64,000 bases of DNA from Tubulanus polymorphus (Eukaryota; Animalia; Nemertea), in contig NC_134025.1 in NCBI RefSeq assembly GCF_964204645.1, forward strand, positions 26,144,299 through 26,208,298. The letters are read 5' to 3'. Under the pieces are notes generated by a model. It was not told the DNA's origin and did not search any database. It saw only the letters and a list, made by a program, of their open reading frames with translations. The translations under genes and the position numbers were made by a program. Numbering within the stretch: position 1 is the stretch's first letter; each line of letters opens with the position of its first letter. Positions 29,201-43,500 of the stretch are shown piece by piece.

Positions 29201-32200
29201 ACTAGCTGTGCGCAGAACGCGGCAACATATTTCCGTCGAATGTTAATTTCGAACCGCGAAACGTCGAAAAATTTGGTTAAATCGGTAAACGACGGTTCGA
29301 AATACACACGAACTAAAAGCGATACATCTAAACGACGTATTTAGTGAATTTCCGTTGAAAACGACGACTAAACAGCCGCAAAAACGAACGCATCGCGTTT
29401 AAAACACCGACGATAATTACATGCGCCAATCAATAGCCTGCCAGGCAATTACGCTGTAATTTCGTCTGCTCAATTTTCCTGGCTGGGAATTACCTTCGAA
29501 ATTGGAGATGTCACAGCTGAGTAGCCTATGATCATCCATCTCGGAATCCGTATGAATGGAGCACAGGGATACACTGAAAGTTTTTGTTCCGAGACGGGGA
29601 ACTATTTCCCTCGTGGATGAATATAACATGTGAATATGACAGAACAGGCGGCGGGCGTACTGCAGGCGGCTGTCGTCGTTTTATTTTGTTCGAACTGAAC
29701 AACTGCTTTTCCCCCTCGATAATCGGCGAGATCTCAGCGAAACTTCAGATCTAACATTTTTCAATTATTCAAAACACTCCTGAAGTAGGAATGGAGGTTG
29801 ATGAACACAATGTAACACAATCTAAAATTCAAGACCTACGATATATCAATTTTTCAAATGCTCTGATGTCAACTATTTTTCCTTATTCGACAAATACACT
29901 AAAAACGCTGCCCGTGACCATCTCTTTTCAGACTTACAATCAAGAGAACCCAGATATCATTGTCTGCAAAATGAATCGTACAAAAAGACTATGACGATAG
30001 TTTTTGAGGGAATAAAAACCTCACAAAGGAACAGTCCGCGTAACCCAACAAAGCATATGAAAGGTACGACTGTTTGTCTATTCAAGAAAATTAAACATTC
30101 AAGGTTAAGTGAAATCCTAGAAACTGATTTACGAGACCTACTTCCCATTCAATATGAAACACAGTGGGGAGAGAAGGGTACACATTCATAGCTTCCCCTC
30201 ATCAAAACCATTGATCGCGAAAAACTATACAAAGACACGTAACATATCTCAAACACATCGTCAATAGAATAAGAAGCAACTAAGTATGCATGGATGATGA
30301 CCTGATTTTTAGATACTTCTGAATCTGAAGAAAAACCTTGTCGCTATTAAATCCAATGCGTTAAGACAATCAGTGAACACTGGCTTCATATTTTACTATA
30401 AAAATAGTGAACAGCGTGAAACTCTGCCCAGCGGCATTGATCAGCTGATAACAACGAAGAATTCCAGGCATTGAAACCATGGCAACTATGTACACTGATT
30501 TCCGGAAGGTTGATCGGCAGGTGCCACATGTTGATCAGTGGCTTATTAGCAGTCAATACGATATCTCAAAGCGGGAGGCCGATAAGTGACAACAACGGCG
30601 AAAAACACTTCAACGCACAACAAATGACACAGTATCAAGAGACATCTATAAAAATATCATACATCAAAAGTTTTGTTTATCGAAGACTCGTTTTTCAATA
30701 TTATCGCCGAGGGAGTTTTTACGTTACGCACTACGGCTAGATTTCTCTGACTCGGCTACCTGGTACTTCCTTCGAGAGTAGTTTCCACAACTAGCAAAGA
30801 GTTAATCGACATCAAAATGTAGGTATAATCGAAATGAACTCGAAATAATTCCGCTTTGATTGATATCTCAGAGCATACCTGCGTTCCTAAATTGTAGAAA
30901 CTACTCTCAAATAGGGGTAGTAGTCTATTATCTAGGGGGAAGCAAACTTGATTCACACTTTAAAACTAATTTTCAAATGAACCAATATCGTACTGCTCGA
31001 TGTACTTTTCGTCAATTTGATATTAATTGAGCTTTTATAAGTTTTACTACAATATAGCTTACCTGGGAGTCGCGTGAATCATCTTGCTGCATCATTTGCT
31101 GCGACTGTGAGCCCGGTGTATGTGGGGCCTGTTGCGGTGATGGTGAAGGCTGCTGTGATGTGGAATCTTGTAGTGACTGTGTTGGTTGTGGTTGAGGGGA
31201 TGCTTGTGACTGCGGCGGTGGTGGTGGTGGTTGTGGTGCGGGACTCGCCTGTTTATTCATAGGACTCCGACCATAACCCTGCAAGTACACGACATCGCGA
31301 AACGCATGATGCTATGTTTTTGGACGCGACCCTTTTGAGTTTTTAATCCCATTCGATCTATCACACATAAATCTATATAGAAAACATCTATTACAGGAAA
31401 CCGGTACAACACTCGATAATCAGACCCAAGACCTACAATTCATGCCGGCTGTCGAGGGCTGGTTGTCAAAGTGGATATTTCCGAAAAGCACGAGAAGTGA
31501 ATAGCCAGCGAAAGTGGGACTCTGATTTATCTGCAGACCAGGTCATGAAATAGGGTGCTGTGACTAGCCATCAAGATTTCTACATCGAATTGACAAGCGT
31601 GCATTCAGTGAACTTGATTAACATTAAGTATGCTACAGTATGAAAACTTTATATTCAGAAAACTGATTAAATTATGAAGCATTAGTGATTGCAAGACTTC
31701 ATAAACCCTTTTTTCAGAGCTACCTGATCATAATTTACAGCTGAAAGTAGGATATTTGAATTCTGGCTAATTGCCGAAGTCACCGAGCCAAAATTGGTTT
31801 AGATAAGTTGACAAACAAGCACATGCTTAGTAAGTAGTGAGCATTGGTCGCCAGATTATTGTAGGAGCCCAAACCCACTGGATATAACAGCATGCATGCA
31901 TATAGACTAGACTTATATACAACATCAAATTGTAGTTATTTTACCTGAGAAAGAGATTGTTGTTGATGTTGGGGCTGTTGCATATAAGACTGCTGCGACT
32001 GCATATACTGTGGATTGTAGTTAGGAGGGTGATGGCCATAGCCCATCTAAAAAACAACCCATCAATGATATTGTAGTCGTAGCATTTGGATAACAGGGAC
32101 AAGAGCGGGAGTCTCCAGTCATTGGATCTCTTCTTTCTACGCGGCAAAGATCCGTCTCGGACACATATCCGAGATTGTGCGGCCCAATAAAATTCGAACT

Positions 32201-35200
32201 AGCAAACGATATGTTTAAAATCACACAAGACACCATGCCATTTCATGTGAAATAAAACGTTAAAACAGGTTATCATATGAACTAATATTACAAACTAAAA
32301 CTACCGATATGATAGGTTTCGATACGTACTTGTTGGTTCATTGGATGATGAGACATCTGATTAGGCATCGGTCGGTTTGGTGAAGGCATTGGTCCGGGAT
32401 ACCGCTGGCTTGACTGAAATTGTCCGGGATACTGGCCTTGTTGTTGTCCTGGGTAGCCGGGTGCCATGTTCGGTTGTCTTCGCCCTTGGCTTGGATCATA
32501 CATCGGATTGGGCTGGAATTGTAGAGAAGTTTCATATAATTAACCGCGTTATGAAGAAGGCTGTTGAAAATCACCAACAGTTCGGAAAGGAAGGATAAGA
32601 TTTATCCAAGCATTTATACAAGAAAAGTCATCAATTAACTTCAGCTCAAAACTGCTCCGTTTGCAGCCTATCAGGTCAACTGTATGGTATTTACTGAAAT
32701 AGAATTTCCATGGATTAATTACGATACGTTTTTAGAGATTGACAGGATATCACCGAACACATAGCTTCATCTCGTAGAAAGAAGTAGAGGTTATATTGAG
32801 CCAACAACTCCCTTCTCTTTTTGGATTATCGTTAGTCTCTCAGGGGAAAAAGCCTACCATTGATGTACGGAAAAAATAATTCCTCGCAATATGACCCGTC
32901 AGAAGCACTGAGAGAAGCGATCCATGAATGATATAATTATATTAAAATAGAAATGCCTTCTAGGCACCAGCTATTAATAGTCGACACTTAAAAGCATTCA
33001 GTTCCGTAGTACAAAGTCATTACACGAACAAAAACCATAACACTGCATAACTTATACACACCGGCACTTTCAAAACGATTGAAATGACCTTGTGATTTAA
33101 TGACTTTTCACCTTCACCAGCTGTTTGTCTGTTTCCTAGAAGTGGTTGCCTCGCTCGTTTGATTCGGTTCCGATCAATGTAAATCCATAATAGCCCGGAG
33201 GTCAATCAAGTTCACGCTGATTCAATCAATGTCAACGTAAACAATCAGCATTGATGGCTCTCGTCTAGTGACACACATCAGCAGATTACACAATTACGAC
33301 GCCGCGCACACCGGTTCGTTCACTCACCGCTTCAAAGCCACGTTCGGTAACACGCATGGATAATAACCCATAATACAATCACCATCAACTACACGTGGCT
33401 ACGACGACTTCGATATATATATGTTGCAAGTCGTAGTCACATAGTCACTAGTTTTTTTCTCGATCAGCCGTCGTCTCAATGAGAAAAAAACTCGGACGAA
33501 AAATCAGCATTCGTTTGACGATGGAAAAAAAAACCGCTGATTACCGCGCTGAATGTATTAATCAGTACCGAATTTCACTGATGTGAGTTCAATTAGGGTA
33601 TTGTACACTCCTAGTTAAACTGCGTATATTCAAATGAGAACGAAACGCGTGACGAGACCGAATTGTATAACAATTTCCTATACAACATGGCTCCACAAAA
33701 ACCATCCTAGATCACAACTAACATATACTACTATATCAACGTATCTCAAAACGAAGTAACCATAAAATATCCAAAATAGAAAAACAATATCAAATCATCA
33801 GGACTCAGTTTTATAGACTGGGAGCTACCCGGGTTAAAGATAACACATGGCTAAAACACTGGGCCCTGGAACCTCATATCCATTTCCTCTTTCTAGACTT
33901 CTCCCTTTTAAATTTTTTCGGCTAAAAAATCTTTCAAAAAATGTAATCATATATTCCAACAAAAACATTTCTTTCATTGAATGGGAAATTCAATTACAAC
34001 TCGATCTTAAATCTGTCCCCCACGCGAGAGCAAATGTCATTTCATTCAATCTGTAGGAAGGTTATATTAAAAAAAGAAGATTTTTCTTGTACCGATTCGC
34101 TTTTGGATATCTCGCGCTTTCACGAAATAGTGAGCCATCTTCAATAAAATATGAGGCATATTCGGTAAAACCCTATGATAATATGTTTCATATAAAGCCT
34201 CCTCCGTATATCTGCTGGTATACACTCCGCCATACTGGCATCATCGTTGATCAAGCGCGCTAGCTCTAGCTCGTTTCGTTTTCGCTACGCCGTCAGCCGT
34301 TGGTTCACTCTCCTACACAACAGCATACAACTCCACGTAGAAGCGAGCAGGAAAATCAATGGCAAGGCTCAGATGATAGCACAATATGGATAGGAAGGCT
34401 AGGTGTGTTTCAATACACTCGTATATGCCTGAAGATAGCGTCATTTTCATCTCGCCGACTAATTCCCGTCATCAACGTCGATAACATAAATATTTCTAAA
34501 CTAGTAACTTTGCGAGATAAAAACGCGAAATTCTACCCGACTTCCATTATGAAAATGATGTGAACAGCGCGCCGCGAATAAAACGAGGATTGCCGCCGAT
34601 ACAAAAATATCGTAACCTTAAACGGGGTACGGTCGTCGTGAAGCTCAAACTTTCAAACAACAATCGTTAGAAATACGCAACGAACGCACGTGCTGCGAGT
34701 GAAATGAAATTTATATTATCGGCATTGATAAACACAAGTCCGCTGTATGTATCTACTACCAATGTATTTCATATATTCCGATACCAAACACCGTCTACGC
34801 CTTAGAGCAGAAAAAGTGATTTTCGCCCGGGGATAAATGAAATTACAATAATCGGACCGTTAAAACACGGTATTTAACAGAAAAAAATCGATATAAAATT
34901 CTAAACCGATAAACAAAGAAGATGACCAATAGACAGTTGAAACGCGTACACTGTCAATACAGTAGGTTTTATCAAGCCAGGTTTTTTCCGGTAACGACGA
35001 TCAGGATATGTGTAGTGCGCCTGTACAGTCCTAAGGTCAACCCTGTCGTATCTCAAAGGCAAAACTACCCGACATTCATTGTTAGATGACCTAGCCTATA
35101 TAATATATGCGTGTTGATAAGAAGCATAATAATGATATGATAGTATTTCTGTTATTCAGGGAACGTATAAATTAATTTCGTCGACAATATTTATATCAAT

Positions 35201-38200
35201 GAGATTTCTTTTTTCGTCAGCGATGATAAATCTCGCTACAAGTGACGTCATGCGAAGTTAATTATGGATCTTTAAATGCAGTCTTCGTCGGTCATAGACC
35301 GCAAATAAAAACAGCCAAACATCTGCAGACATAGAATTAACGGTTATTTATACTCCCAACGATTATAAACAGCGCAGCCGCAGAAATATATACCGAAAAA
35401 TATTACCACCAGCTCGCGTCGTAGTAAGGTACAAGACAGTGTTTAGAAGCGACGAGGCACAGACACGCGCGAAGACACTACGAGCAATGTATCATTAAAC
35501 ATACAATTACAATGAGATTTTAAGCGCAACTGAATGGAATATCGATCGCGACATGATTATAAGCCATTATAATCTCATTAAATTCCCATGCACTCCATTA
35601 CAAAAATACCACTCAATAGAAAATCCAATAATCTCGTGTGACCTGAACGAATGACGTTCATCAATCAACGAACCTGCAATCATTATAGTATGTGCAGACC
35701 TTCACCCTGAAAATTACCAATGTTTACATCTATAAATAGACAGCTGTAACAACTAACAGCCAAGAAATGGATTGGCACCGTGCCAATTTGACCGGGACAA
35801 ATGAGATATTATTTATAGTGGAGCCGATCAATTACATAATACAAGTGGCGTCTGCTAGGAAAGTCTCTGAGCACGTGTGTTTCAAAGCACCAATTCAATT
35901 TCATCAGCACTGCCAAGAAGCTGTCAAATCAGCGCTATCAGGCAATCCTCTACACACAATGACAATCATCTGTCTGAACCTTCCTCAATCTCTATGTTGA
36001 AATATACTGTTAGCACATCCAGCATGAAATTTCTTGATATAGCACCAAAAATCCCTGATTGGATCATAAAATATCTTCAGTGGGACCTGTCTTCCGTCAA
36101 GAAGTTTCTGTACTATTCATTACCAGCAAGAACAACAAGACCAGACACAAAAGATTCAAATACCCTGACGTTTTCCTCCTTCAAGAAAAATCTGAATTTC
36201 TTGAGCAAGGAAAAACAAATCTGGAATTCTCTGATTTCCCTGATCTACAAAAACCCTGCTTAAAGAAATAAGATTGCCCAAACATCACAATAACTGCATT
36301 TACCCACCAAAATCAGCGCTATAAAACACCACATGTCATAATGCATATCTATAACAGAATTAATTGGCAGCGATGTGCCCTTTCCGCACAATACCCTTAC
36401 ATTTTAAACACTTTCACTTTTCATCAGCTGTGACCTAACCAAGCCAAGGCAAAATTAACAATACTGTCTCCTGATAAGAGGTACCCTACTACTCCTTACC
36501 AGCAAGAACAAGACACCAAAATTCAAATACCCATTTCCCCATTCGTCAAGAAGAGAGTCTGAATTCCCTGAATTTCGCAGCAGGGTAAGATAAATCAGGA
36601 ATTTCATGACCTGTTCGAACTCTGCTTTAAAAATAATTGAGCGTAATAGAAATAGCCTCAATAAGTTTGCCTGTACTGTTATTAGCAAATTAATTCAACA
36701 CTACGATTTTTCAACTATTGTAAAATAACTGCAATTACCCACCAAAATCAGTGCTATATAAGGCCCTTTGCAACCCCTATAATTTTCCAGGACTAAATGA
36801 CTTATATAGCAGTATTAATTGGCTACACAATAATTAGCTCTTTTGGCACAACTGCTCCCACATTTCAAACATTCTCACTTTTCATAAGCCGTGACTTATC
36901 TAAACGAAACGTAGCGAAACCGAATAAAAAAGCCAAGACATAAAAGAATGAATAGAACGCTTTCATAAATCAGACACTGAATGAAAATCACATTAAAACG
37001 GCACCGTACGCCAGCTGCACCTTACAATAACTACTAACCGGCATCTATTGCACAATAACAATAGTAAGGTCAACTAGGACAGCTCAAAGTACCGTATTAT
37101 TATAAATAAAAAATGTTTGGAATGTAGGCTACGCTTAACAGGTGTTTTGTTTCCAGGAATGTATTGAAGGTGCTTTTATTTAGATAATATCCAGGAAGTG
37201 GTAGTAAACATAAGCTGTTGATAAATTCCCTATTGCTACATTTATATCGACTGTTTTGTACTATACAGATAGATAGGTTTATCACATCACCTGACTCCGG
37301 GATACAGACTCGATAACCCAGACAACTCGACCGCACTGAAAGAAATCTCCTTAATTAATTATCATAATCAACGTTTCCTGCTTCTCATTAAAGGACAAAC
37401 AACTACCTGAAATAGATCTTATCAATCATCATAAAGCCTCGATGACCAGATTACATTAAGCTGAAGCCTGAATCTGAGGGCATACATATAATCATCATGT
37501 TAGACGGATGAAAAATTTGTTAAGTTCAGCAATGAAAGTTCGATTCCAAATTGATAACTCACCTGACGATACATAGGATTGTTCATATTGTTCGCTCCCG
37601 AGCCCTGCTGAGGATAGGGGCCGCCCGGCATGCCAGGAGGTCGCTGCTGTCCCCAGTTCGGATTGTTGTAAGGATGATTCGGTCCGCCATTACCATCATT
37701 CGATTTCTGCATGTTCATACCGTAATCGGCGTTAAAGTTCGGATACCGCTGAGGCGGCGCATTCGTAGAAGTTTGTAACAGTTGGTTTAAAGTCGGTGTC
37801 GGGCCGCTTTGTTGCGATATACTTTGTCCGCTCATCATTCGTTGCGACGGATACCCGGGCGGCTGCATCATATTACCAGCCATTTGCTGCATCACCGGTC
37901 CCTTCCCGGGCGGATAACCGGGACGCATTCCCTGCGGGCCGAACTGGTTCATATACTGGTTCTGAGGCCCGGCGCCGTACTCCGAGCCGGCCGGATGGTG
38001 CTGATCCGGAGGTGGCGGCCCGCCGTATGCGCCGTGACCGTAACCTCCGCTATTATAGTTCGACATCGGACCACTTGGAATGTTTTCATTCATTCGATTA
38101 TAACCGTCATTCGCGACCATCGGTTCGTTCATATTCTGACGCGAATAATCGGCGTTCACTTCACGTTTCATCGACGCGTTCTGTTGCGCCGACAAATCAT

Positions 38201-38378
38201 TCACTGGAATTGGTTCCGATTTCACCATACCTGGATGATGATGATGTCCTAAGTCTTGCTGCTGTTGTTGGTTTGCGTTCATCATCGAATGACCATCCGA
38301 ACCGTGTTCCATTTTGACTTTAGCATTTTCTGTTATCGAATTAGAAGAAACTTCAGTTTTAATACCAGTTGTTTCCAT
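14974..38378 (-). CDS. ARID1: AT-rich interactive domain protein 1 (ARID1A/B, Osa, BAF250), SWI/SNF cBAF subunit, about 2380 aa
   Basis: 18 phase-consistent exons: 38378-37563, 32512-32330, 32046-31945, 31278-31063, 24126-23970, 23374-23276, 23192-23064, 22923-22042, 21551-21394, 21273-21106, 20368-20174, 20083-19870, 19778-19097, 19000-18528, 18403-18308, 17706-17534, 17451-17328, 17249-14974. Contains the PTPTLNQLL LxxLL motif, the ARID domain (LYELGDEPDRRMFLDRY...VDLYKLYHSVRIRGGLLEVTKTKKWKEI...YVKHLFAFEC), the C-terminal BAF250_C/ARM region (WRIMLSLKSGLLAESTWALD; LLLATPPF; MGTSLDMLRRAA) and P/Q/M/N-rich disordered regions. Confidence 0.96.
19336..19369 (-). repeat. (CAA)n microsatellite encoding polyQ in ARID1
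   Basis: (ttg)n on the + strand; translates to QQQQQQQQQQQ. Confidence 0.85.
19870..20368 (-). CDS. ARID1: ARID DNA-binding domain exons of ARID1
   Basis: Exons 20368-20174 and 20083-19870 encode the ARID helix-turn-helix consensus. Confidence 0.93.
36100..36900. repeat. Degenerate tandem duplication (about 380-440-bp units) in ARID1 intron 1
   Basis: ttaccagcaagaacaa...attcaaataccc at about 36121 and 36497; taactgcaWttacccaccaaaatcagYgctata at about 36291 and 36727; cacttttcat.agc.gtgac in both copies. Confidence 0.75.
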
Positions 38379-40586
38379 AATAAAAATCTTACCAACGACA
38401 ATACCTCCGGCTTGTGACAACAACGGGGTCCAATCTTAGAAACGTAGGCCTGGGTTTTATTAGATCCTCCGACCTCTCCGGCTTCAAGCTAACAATGCCA
38501 GCAATAATAATGGTGAACTGTAGTAGTATAATAAACGCTAGCTTACACACCCAGCGGTAACCTACCGCAAAAAGGTCCAAATTGACCATGAAGAATCGAG
38601 CATTAACGTCATCCGTCCAGTAGAGTCTTTAGGAAAGTTCGTCAAACTGGCTTTACACCGATTAATCGTTTAAAATAGGGTGAAACTTAGCTCGATGTCA
38701 GCATGTTCTTATCATAAACCACCATTATACACTGCTACACTAGCGGGAATACGCCGCACTACAGCTCCGGGTTAAATACCTGCGCGATACTAGATTTCAG
38801 AATTTATCCCAAAGCCAGATTATGCTACTAGATACAACAATACGACAAATTTCATATGCTGAAATCGACAAGTTGAACTGTCGATACGTTTTATCTCTGA
38901 AATAAAGAGTTTGGTTATGCACTATTTCTGGCGTCGGCCCTCGCTTCGCACATGAATACACTCGGCTAATGCTTGGTCTCGATTAATTTGGGCTGTTCCC
39001 TCACTCTCCCTCCTAAACCTATTCACATTATAGAATAACTATAGAGATCGCGCAAAAATGTAGTTTCCTCATCTAAAGTGAATATAGTTTTGGTTTCTTA
39101 AGCGAACATGGCATATATGCTAGAAATCCATGCCAAAAGTAGGGATAAACTTTAATTCGATATAATCGAAGAGAGAGGGTTAATATCCCAAGCTGTCCAA
39201 TTATTGTGTTTATTCATTTTTACGCGGCTATTCAAGTGAAGCAAACCGAGCTGTCTGAAATTTCCCCGTCGCATTGCTCGTGGTGCCTTATGATTTTAAC
39301 GTTACAAACTGAGAAATGGACTCGTTTATATTTTTACAAATTAAAAATGGATAAATAACATTTTATGACATGCTGCCAATGGTATTCTCGTCCCAAAACA
39401 ACATCCCACTGAATAGGCAACGGAAAGTTCAAGTTAATTCTATTAATGGCCACGATGTAATGGGGGCGGTACTGTACCGATTGGAGCAAGAGATAATTTT
39501 CCCCAAGATTCGAAAGATTATAAGTCAGGTCGAAAGAAATGTCTCAAATTATGCGGTTCTTCCAAATTAGCTCATTTGTTTGTATTTCTGCATTTGAGAT
39601 CCTCTTCTTACGGTTCATCTTCTGTGTCCAATTCTTTTCAGTTGTTTAAGCTCCCCATAAACATTTTATCCTAATCAAAATACATAATTAATCCCTTTTT
39701 TGTTTGTATCTTTATATGTACCGGTATCTTATGATATATCTTTTCTATGAGACCGGATGACGTTTTTTAAACGAAAAGCAAATTTTCAAGGATTTGGTTA
39801 TGAGATTTATCAGTGAAATAAATAAATTTATGATTGAATTTCATTAACTTGTAGCGTCCTCTGCCCGGTTTATAAGTTATTTCCGGGTTGTGAAATATCA
39901 GTTTTTTAGCAAGTTTCGTGTTTTAACTTGCGTTTTTTTGTGTAAGACAATGGATTTATAACTGACAGTTTGTATTTACATTAATGAATTGATAAACAGC
40001 ATTTGATTCACGAGTAAGTAGCGAACGGAATTGATTCAGTTATGCTTTGAAATCGAACGAACATGAAAAATGCTTCGTCTGCTAAAATTTAAATTTTATT
40101 TTAATTAAGAAAACAATTGACGGATTTCTGGCACTGCCAGCCAGAGCAGTGCCACCAAAGCAATGCAACACATTACTTCTGATATTCGTATCGTATTGAC
40201 AACATAAACTGCTTTTATAAACTACACTTGATAAAAAGCAGGACCAGGGTTGTTACATTTTTCGTACATTTTTTCATAGCACAACTAGAACATATGAGAT
40301 TTGATGTGACCCTGGCCTTCTTACACCTACCCCAAATTCACTATTATACAATCATATTTTACCACATCATTCATTCATAATAAAATCAAATCAAAGATTG
40401 AGAGAGTATTTATCTGCAGTCCCATGTATATCTTTGGCTTTGCAGCGTTCCAGGGATATTCTTTGGTTTGCAGTTTTATGTGTCCAACTAGTTGAACCAA
40501 GGCTGTAGTTGGCAGATCAAATGATTGAGCTTGAGGCTCAACACTGAGTAAGGTTAAGCCACTTTTCTCTAATTTCAGTTTGAATC
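38379..40586. promoter_or_regulatory. Divergent ARID1/ASCC3 promoter and 5'UTR region
   Basis: The two ATGs are 2.2 kb apart, head-to-head. Probable non-coding ASCC3 first exon ending at donor GTAAGT 40014, spliced to the acceptor at 40578; ETS-like (ttccgg, ccggat) motifs near 39750-39890. Confidence 0.6.
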
Positions 40587-43500
40587 ATGGCAGTTCCGAG
40601 ACTTACTGGAGCAATAAGGGCATTTTCAAATGTATGTGCTCAAGATAATAGTAGTAGTGATGGTGACGAAAATAGTGGACCAAGTCAGGATCTTAAACTG
40701 AAGCAGAAATGGAGAACACAGCAGATTGCAGAAAATCAGATGTCCTGGCAAAAACTGGCGAGTAAAATCACTCGCAGAATCAAAGCTGACAAGGATAATG
40801 TGACCGCTATTCTCAGAGAATTGACTCAAGTTGCAAAGTTAATAGGTATGTTATCTTGCGTATACATCTTGTAGTCTTGACTTGAGTTAGATTTGAATGT
40901 GAATAGTAAATTAACTGAGTTTAACCACCATATTAATTCACAAACCTGGTGTGAGCTTTATAATTTGTGGCTTTAATTTTAGTTGGTGTCGACGCCTTTC
41001 CTGAAGTAATCGAAGGCGCAGCTGTTCATTTGTTTCAAACGTTTTGCAATTCGACCGTCGTAAAGAACGCTGAGACGAACAAACTCCGCGCCATATTTGG
41101 TCCGTTTCCTGCTTCAGCGGCTACGAAAGCTTGTCAAGTGGTGCAAAGAATCGTGGCTCATTTACCCGATGATATCATAGATGAACTATGCACTGTTGAT
41201 GATGAAGTGAACGTGGCGAAGGAATTTGGAAAAAATATCAAATTTGAAGCTGCCGAGTTCCCCATTGTCGGAGAGTTGGAATTCAGTTCCGATACTGATT
41301 CGGAAGATGTTAATGTAGAGTTTGATATGAAATATTCGAATATCGACCACGCTTCTGCCGTTAAAGTTAACGACCGGCAAAAAACGTACAGCAAAAAGTA
41401 TGATGCGAACTGGCTTTTGGCCCAAATAGAATCGGAATTTGATTCCGAAAGTTCTGTGTCGGCTCCAGAAATGTGCACGACAGTGTTGAATATCTTGGCC
41501 ACGTCGAAGTCAGATGACGAACTCCAAAACGAGTTGTTTGAGTTACTCGGATTCGATAGGTTTGAGTTGATTCAAGAATTACTGCAACGACGCTTGCAGG
41601 TGGTGAAGTCCGCTGCAGATATGGAGAACGCCCTCGCATTTGTTAAAACTGCCAGTAAGACTCTCTAAGAGACCATTGTCAGATGTGAATACTATCACGT
41701 TTGTTTTACTGACTTGTCTTTTTATCTCTAATTTGATTAATTCCACAAATTTCTTATTCATTTTAAAGAAAAAATATATATTTCCTTCCAGCTACGCAGA
41801 AGGTCACACCTGAAAATCGTCCCAACTACGGCTGCCAAGTTACTGTCCAGGTATAAAGAGCAGTGTCTTGTACTTCCAATTAGAAGTAATATAATTACCA
41901 ACTTTGATGTCTTTGATGATATAAATCCTCATCATAAATTTTGCAGACAAGCCAAGAAAAGCATGTCCAGAAGCAAATGCGAAAAGATGAGAAGAAATTA
42001 TTGAAAGGCAACAATAAATTAGACTCTGAGGATATGGCAACAGCTGCAGCTCTTGGATTTGATCCACACGCCCTACGCGCTAGCAGGTCAAGTTAAAAAC
42101 GTTGATCACGAAATATTTGCGACATAGATTTACTGAAGCCTGGCCTTCAATGTCAAGTGTATTCTAATTGTAGGGAAGCATCGTTGATCGCGGCTATGAA
42201 TCGACCGATGTTCAGTAATAGTAAACCGTATCAACAGGCACCAGAGGTCTATCCCTATGTGTTTGATTCTATGGTCGAAGCCCGTCAAGCTTCAGCCTTC
42301 ATATCCGGCACAAAGGTAATACATCAAACCAAAAACAATCAATCTATAGAACGGAGTTGTTTTAGGACTTGTTTCTGTACGTAAAAGTTTTGATGATATT
42401 GTTTCTAGATGTATTTACCTGCTGAGTTCAATCGTAATAATACGTCAATGTACGAAGAAATTGATATACCTCCATCTCAAGGTAAAAGCATAGCAGATGT
42501 TGGTCGCCAGTTGGTACCTATATCAAGTCTTGATGAGGTAAATATATCATGATAAACTGAAGAATTGATTGCATGGGTATATCAGTTTTGTTTGATAGAA
42601 TTTTTACATTTTCATTCATATCAACAGATTGGTCAGGTGGCATTTCAAGGTACAAAATCTCTGAATCGGATTCAGTCAGTAGTCTTTGATACAGCTTACA
42701 AAAGTAATGAGAACTTACTTATCTGCGCTCCAACTGGTGCTGGTAAAACCAATATCGCTATGTTGACCATTCTTCACGAAATCAAGCAGCATTTATCTCA
42801 AGGGGTTATCAAGAAAGATGAATTCAAGGTAACTAAAGATAAGACAAATCAGTGATGATGTTAAGACAGTAATCATAGAGTTCAAAAGTTTTACTGAAAG
42901 TTCAGCTTATCAACAAGCTTAGAAAATATCTTTGATTGAAAAAATAGTTTCCAATTATTTTCGCCAAATTATGATTTCAGGTAGTATATGTAGCACCGAT
43001 GAAGGCTCTGGCTGCAGAAATGGTCAGAAATTTCGGTAAAAGACTTCAGCCGTTGGGTATTGCTGTGCGAGAGCTGACAGGTGACATGCAACTGACTAAA
43101 ATGGAAATTCTTAAGACTCAGGTATGAATAGTTAAATTTTCAACCTCAGATGAGTTCGCAATTGGGAAAATGATATTATTTCTATGTCTTGCAATTACAG
43201 ATGTTGGTAACAACTCCAGAAAAGTGGGATGTTGTAACGAGGAAAACTACTGGAGATGTGGCTTTATCGCAGCTCGTTAAACTTCTTATTATTGATGAGG
43301 TCCATTTACTTCATGATGATCGGGGTGCTGTGATTGAGAGTTTGGTAGCTAGGACATTGAGACAGGTATGATTCATAAGTCTTCCACGTTATTGAGAAAG
43401 TTCAGATCTGGTGTATTGATTCATATCTGTCGTGAACGTTTTTACAGGTTGAGTCATCGCAGAGCATGATCAGAATCGTAGGATTATCCGCTACTTTACC

